DNA of 63,985 nucleotides, filler included, from a bacterium (GTDB taxonomy: Bacteria; JALSQH01): assembly GCA_027004335.1 (NCBI GenBank). It is 14 parts of 14 records of this genome, joined end to end, with 100 filler letters (N's around TTAATTAATTAA, not from the genome) between each part and the next. Parts side by side here need not be neighbours in the genome. Positions count along the whole stretch, not along the records: positions 61,109 to 63,985 come from JALTID010000174.1; 13 more parts are not named here. The stretch is one strand, 5' to 3'. Shown in pieces: positions 61,110-63,985 of this stretch. The notes below the pieces were generated by a model, which saw nothing but the letters and a program-made list of their open reading frames with translations, did no database searches and was not told where the DNA came from. The position numbers were made by a program, and so were the translations under genes. The first letter of the stretch is position 1, and each line of letters begins with the position of its first letter.

Positions 61110-62063
61110 AAAATAATATCATTTGTAAATGCATATCACGGGGATACCATTGGATCGGTAAGCGTAGGAGGCATTAATCTTTTCCACGAGATATACAAGC
61201 CCCTCCTCTTTGAAACTGTTAAGATCCCGTATCCTTACTGCTACCGCTGCCCCTACGGGAAAACTCCAGAAACCTGCAAGATGGAATGTCTTACAGAGGC
61301 AAAAAACATAATTGCCCATCACAAAGAGGATGCAGCTGCAGTGGTAATTGAGCCAATGGTTCAAGGGGCTGCTGGAATGATAACCGCACCGGTGGGGTTT
61401 TTACGGGGAATCTATGAATCAGCAAAAGAAAACGACATTCTTCTAATAGTAGATGAAGTTGCCACAGGTTTCGGAAGAACAGGAAGGATGTTCGCAGTAG
61501 AACATGAAAATGTAAAACCAGATATAATGGCTGTTGCGAAAGGAATAAGCGGGGGATACCTACCAATCGCTGCAACTCTAACAACCGATGAAGTTTATTA
61601 TGGATTCTGGGCAGATTACGGGGAGAAAAAAACCTTCTTCCATGGACATACTTATACAGGGAACCCCCTTGCAGCTGCTGCTGCCGTTGCAAGTATTGAC
61701 CTTTTTGAAAAAGAAAAAGTGCTGGAAAAACTTCAACCGAAGATTGAACATCTATCAAAGCGTCTTGAAGAATTCAAAAATTTAAAACATGTAGGGGACA
61801 TAAGACAGAGGGGGTTCATGGTAGGAATTGAGTTAGTGTTGGATAAAAAAACAAAAGAGGAATATCCTTACAAGGACAGGATCGGACACCGAGTAATTGT
61901 AAGAGCAAGAAAATATGGCATAATCATCAGGCCACTGGGCAATGTGGTAGTCTTGATGCCTCCATTATGTATATCAATAAAAGAGTTAGATTATCTCCTG
62001 GAGGGTGTTTATAGATCCATTGAAGAGATAACCACAGAGTATGAGAAAGGGAAACTATCCTAA
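61110..62063 (+). CDS. bioA: Adenosylmethionine-8-amino-7-oxononanoate transaminase, 5' truncated
   Basis: AYHGDT, EPMVQGAAGM, DEVATGFGRTG, FFHGHTYTGN, RPLGN; precedes bioD. Confidence 0.93.
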   Translation, partial: KIISFVNAYHGDTIGSVSVGGINLFHEIYKPLLFETVKIPYPYCYRCPYGKTPETCKMECLTEAKNIIAHHKEDAAAVVIEPMVQGAAGMITAPVGFLRGIYESAKENDILLIVDEVATGFGRTGRMFAVEHENVKPDIMAVAKGISGGYLPIAATLTTDEVYYGFWADYGEKKTFFHGHTYTGNPLAAAAAVASIDLFEKEKVLEKLQPKIEHLSKRLEEFKNLKHVGDIRQRGFMVGIELVLDKKTKEEYPYKDRIGHRVIVRARKYGIIIRPLGNVVVLMPPLCISIKELDYLLEGVYRSIEEITTEYEKGKLS

Positions 62064-62736
62064 GATTTTTATAACAGGCACAGATACAGGAGTGGGGAAA
62101 ACCCTCTTTACTACTGCTTTTGCTCTCTCCCTTTTAAAAGACGGTTATCATGTAAGAGTAGTAAAACCTGTTGAAACCGGTTGCCAGCAGGAGTGTGAAG
62201 ATGAAGCCTTTTATAGAAAAATTCTAAGGCAGAAAGAAGAAATTGTCTTTTACAGATTTTCCTATCCAGCATCACCTTACACAGCGGGGAAACTTGAAGG
62301 TAAATATGTAGATTTCAAAGAGTTAACTCATAGAATTTCAGAGATAAAAAATGGGATAACTCTTATTGAAGGTGCTGGAGGGTTACTGGTTCCACTGGAT
62401 GGTGAACATACATTTTTAGACCTTGTCACGGAATTAAATCTACTGGTGATTGTGGTAGCAGGCAACAAATTAGGCTGCATTAATCACACCCTTCTCACCG
62501 ATCTTGTACTGGGTAAAATTCCCGTAAAAAAAATAATAGTATTAAACGACACATTTAAAAATGCAGATGAGCTTCTTCTACAGGATAACTTAAAAACGAT
62601 ATCTATGCTTGCCAGAGCAAATGTTGCCGGCAGATTATCCTACTTAATGGGAGAAAAAACCAGAAAAAGACTGATCACATGGATTCAGCCTCTTTATAAT
62701 TCTCTTTTATCATTTTTGCAAGAGCTTCAGGCGTAA
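62041..62736 (+). CDS. bioD: Dethiobiotin synthase
   Basis: TGTDTGVGKT, KPVETG, EGAGGLLVP, LGCINH. Confidence 0.96.
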   Translation: MRKGNYPKIFITGTDTGVGKTLFTTAFALSLLKDGYHVRVVKPVETGCQQECEDEAFYRKILRQKEEIVFYRFSYPASPYTAGKLEGKYVDFKELTHRISEIKNGITLIEGAGGLLVPLDGEHTFLDLVTELNLLVIVVAGNKLGCINHTLLTDLVLGKIPVKKIIVLNDTFKNADELLLQDNLKTISMLARANVAGRLSYLMGEKTRKRLITWIQPLYNSLLSFLQELQA

Positions 62737-63985
62737 AAGCCTCTATATCCTGTCTATTTTCCTCATAGTAATCGGGAAGTAATTCCTGAAGTCCTTTTTT
62801 CCCCTCCGGTGAAGCAAGAAATTCAAGAAAAATCTTCGTAAGAGTGGGATCAAACTGCGTACCTGCGTTTTCAATAAGTTCGCTTATAGCTTTTTTAAAA
62901 GGTAATCTCTTCCTGTAAGGTCTGTCGGAGGTCATAACATCAAATGAATCACCAATAGCAATTATTCTGGCTCCCAGAGGGATCTCTTCGCCCTTCACAC
63001 CTTCAGGATATCCCTTTCCATCCCACCTTTCATGATGATAATAAACCATGGGAATAATAGGTTTCAAAAACTTAATAGGTTCAAGGATCTTCTTCCCAAC
63101 TTCGGGATGAGTCTTAAAAAGCTCAAATTCTTCCTGAGAAAGGGCGCCTTCTTTAGTAAGAGCCCTTATATCCATTCCTATCTTTCCTATGTCATGAAGG
63201 AGGGCAGCATTCCTGATATTTTTAAGCATCTTCTCGTCACATCCACACGCAATTGCTAATTTCTTTGCCCAATATGCAACTCTCTCAGAATGACCTTTTG
63301 TATACTTATCCTTTGCCTCAACTGCCATAACAAGACTTCTGATAGTTTCAGTAAATGTCACCTGCAATTCCTTAAAAAGCTCCACATTATTAAGAGAAAC
63401 CCCGGCTCTGGAGGCGAGCAAAAATAGCGTCTTTCTATCACCTTCATTAAAAATATTTATCTTCTGAAGAGAAAAAACCCCCACTGTTCCAAGATGCTGT
63501 TTCCTGACACGAAGAGGAACAAGAATTGCAGAGTAAACTTCAGCCTTAGGTGCTCTAACAAAGATATTCTTCACATCATCATGAGAGAGAAAAATTGATT
63601 CTCCCTTCTCAAAATAAGACCTGATAACAGAAAAATCAAGAGTTTTAAAAAAATCCTCAGGGGAAATCCAGTCAACCTTTGAACGGCCGGCCATATATTT
63701 ACATCTCTTTTTCTCAGCATCATACCTACCCACAAAAACGATATCACAGGAGGTTGTTTTTAGAGCTGCATCCACCAGCATATTAACGATCTCATCTTCC
63801 TCTAACATCTCCATCATTTTCGCAGTGACTTTATAATTCTCTATCATCTGTTTTAAACGGATGTTTTCATCTTCTACTTTCTTCCTGTCAAGAGCCTTCT
63901 CAATCAATTTCAGCATCTCGGTAAAATTAAAGGGCTTGGCAATATACTCCTGGGCACCCAACTTCATAGATTCCACAGCATTATC
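62675..63985 (-). CDS. Response regulator REC-GAF-HD-GYP phosphodiesterase, 5' truncated by window
   Basis: GAQEYIAKPF (REC end), GAF domain, GHSERV, LHDIGK, HHERWDGKGYP, RPYR. Confidence 0.93.
   Translation of the reverse strand, partial: DNAVESMKLGAQEYIAKPFNFTEMLKLIEKALDRKKVEDENIRLKQMIENYKVTAKMMEMLEEDEIVNMLVDAALKTTSCDIVFVGRYDAEKKRCKYMAGRSKVDWISPEDFFKTLDFSVIRSYFEKGESIFLSHDDVKNIFVRAPKAEVYSAILVPLRVRKQHLGTVGVFSLQKINIFNEGDRKTLFLLASRAGVSLNNVELFKELQVTFTETIRSLVMAVEAKDKYTKGHSERVAYWAKKLAIACGCDEKMLKNIRNAALLHDIGKIGMDIRALTKEGALSQEEFELFKTHPEVGKKILEPIKFLKPIIPMVYYHHERWDGKGYPEGVKGEEIPLGARIIAIGDSFDVMTSDRPYRKRLPFKKAISELIENAGTQFDPTLTKIFLEFLASPEGKKGLQELLPDYYEENRQDIEAFTPEALAKMIKENYKEAESM

Noticed and set aside
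60994..61110. Functional links across spacers (e.g. PhaR-like with bioAD, GMC with anmK, C25 with arg genes)
   Set aside because: These genes are on different contigs, so the adjacency is artificial

Overview
This window is not one genomic locus. It is a pseudo-scaffold of 14 contigs (mostly about 3.5 kb, two about 10.5 kb) joined by 13 artificial 100-nt spacers (44 N + TTAATTAATTAA + 44 N), so gene neighbourhoods only mean something within a contig. The DNA is from an AT-rich, compact, diderm bacterium (lptE, cpoB-like, beta-barrel genes) whose gene order looks Deltaproteobacteria-like, with several traits typical of Myxococcota; the K/E/I-rich proteins suggest a thermophile (inference). Most genes are housekeeping: tuf-rpmG-tRNA-Trp-secE-nusG-rplKAJL-rpoB', 'rpoC-rpsLG-fusA-tuf', argS, leuS-lptE-holA, rpsT, glnB-glnA, argBDF, ffh-rpsP-khpA-trmD, gltX, 'ispE-spoVG-tRNA-Gln-prs-rplY-pth', tsaD-rsmA, dnaX-ybaB-recR, anmK, bioAD. 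The best candidates for undescribed biology are: (1) an orphan ParA-family ATPase translationally coupled between an atypical SDR and a coiled-coil-extended acyltransferase, next to a PhaR-like regulator, possibly a storage-lipid granule positioning module; (2) a gingipain-like C25 protease with a MYXO-CTERM-like anchor coupled to a soluble Ser/His S26 peptidase; (3) a tandem (small subunit + GMC oxidoreductase) x2 cluster; (4) a 1434-aa FN3-repeat lipoprotein. Smaller oddities include a tRNA-Trp gene overlapping the rpmG stop codon, KMDKS instead of KMSKS in LeuRS, rimM missing from its usual site, a microhomology junction fusing a yabE-like gene to half of ispE, and a probable IS256-family end. 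No CRISPR array or rRNA was seen. All family assignments are by motif recognition; no database search was run.
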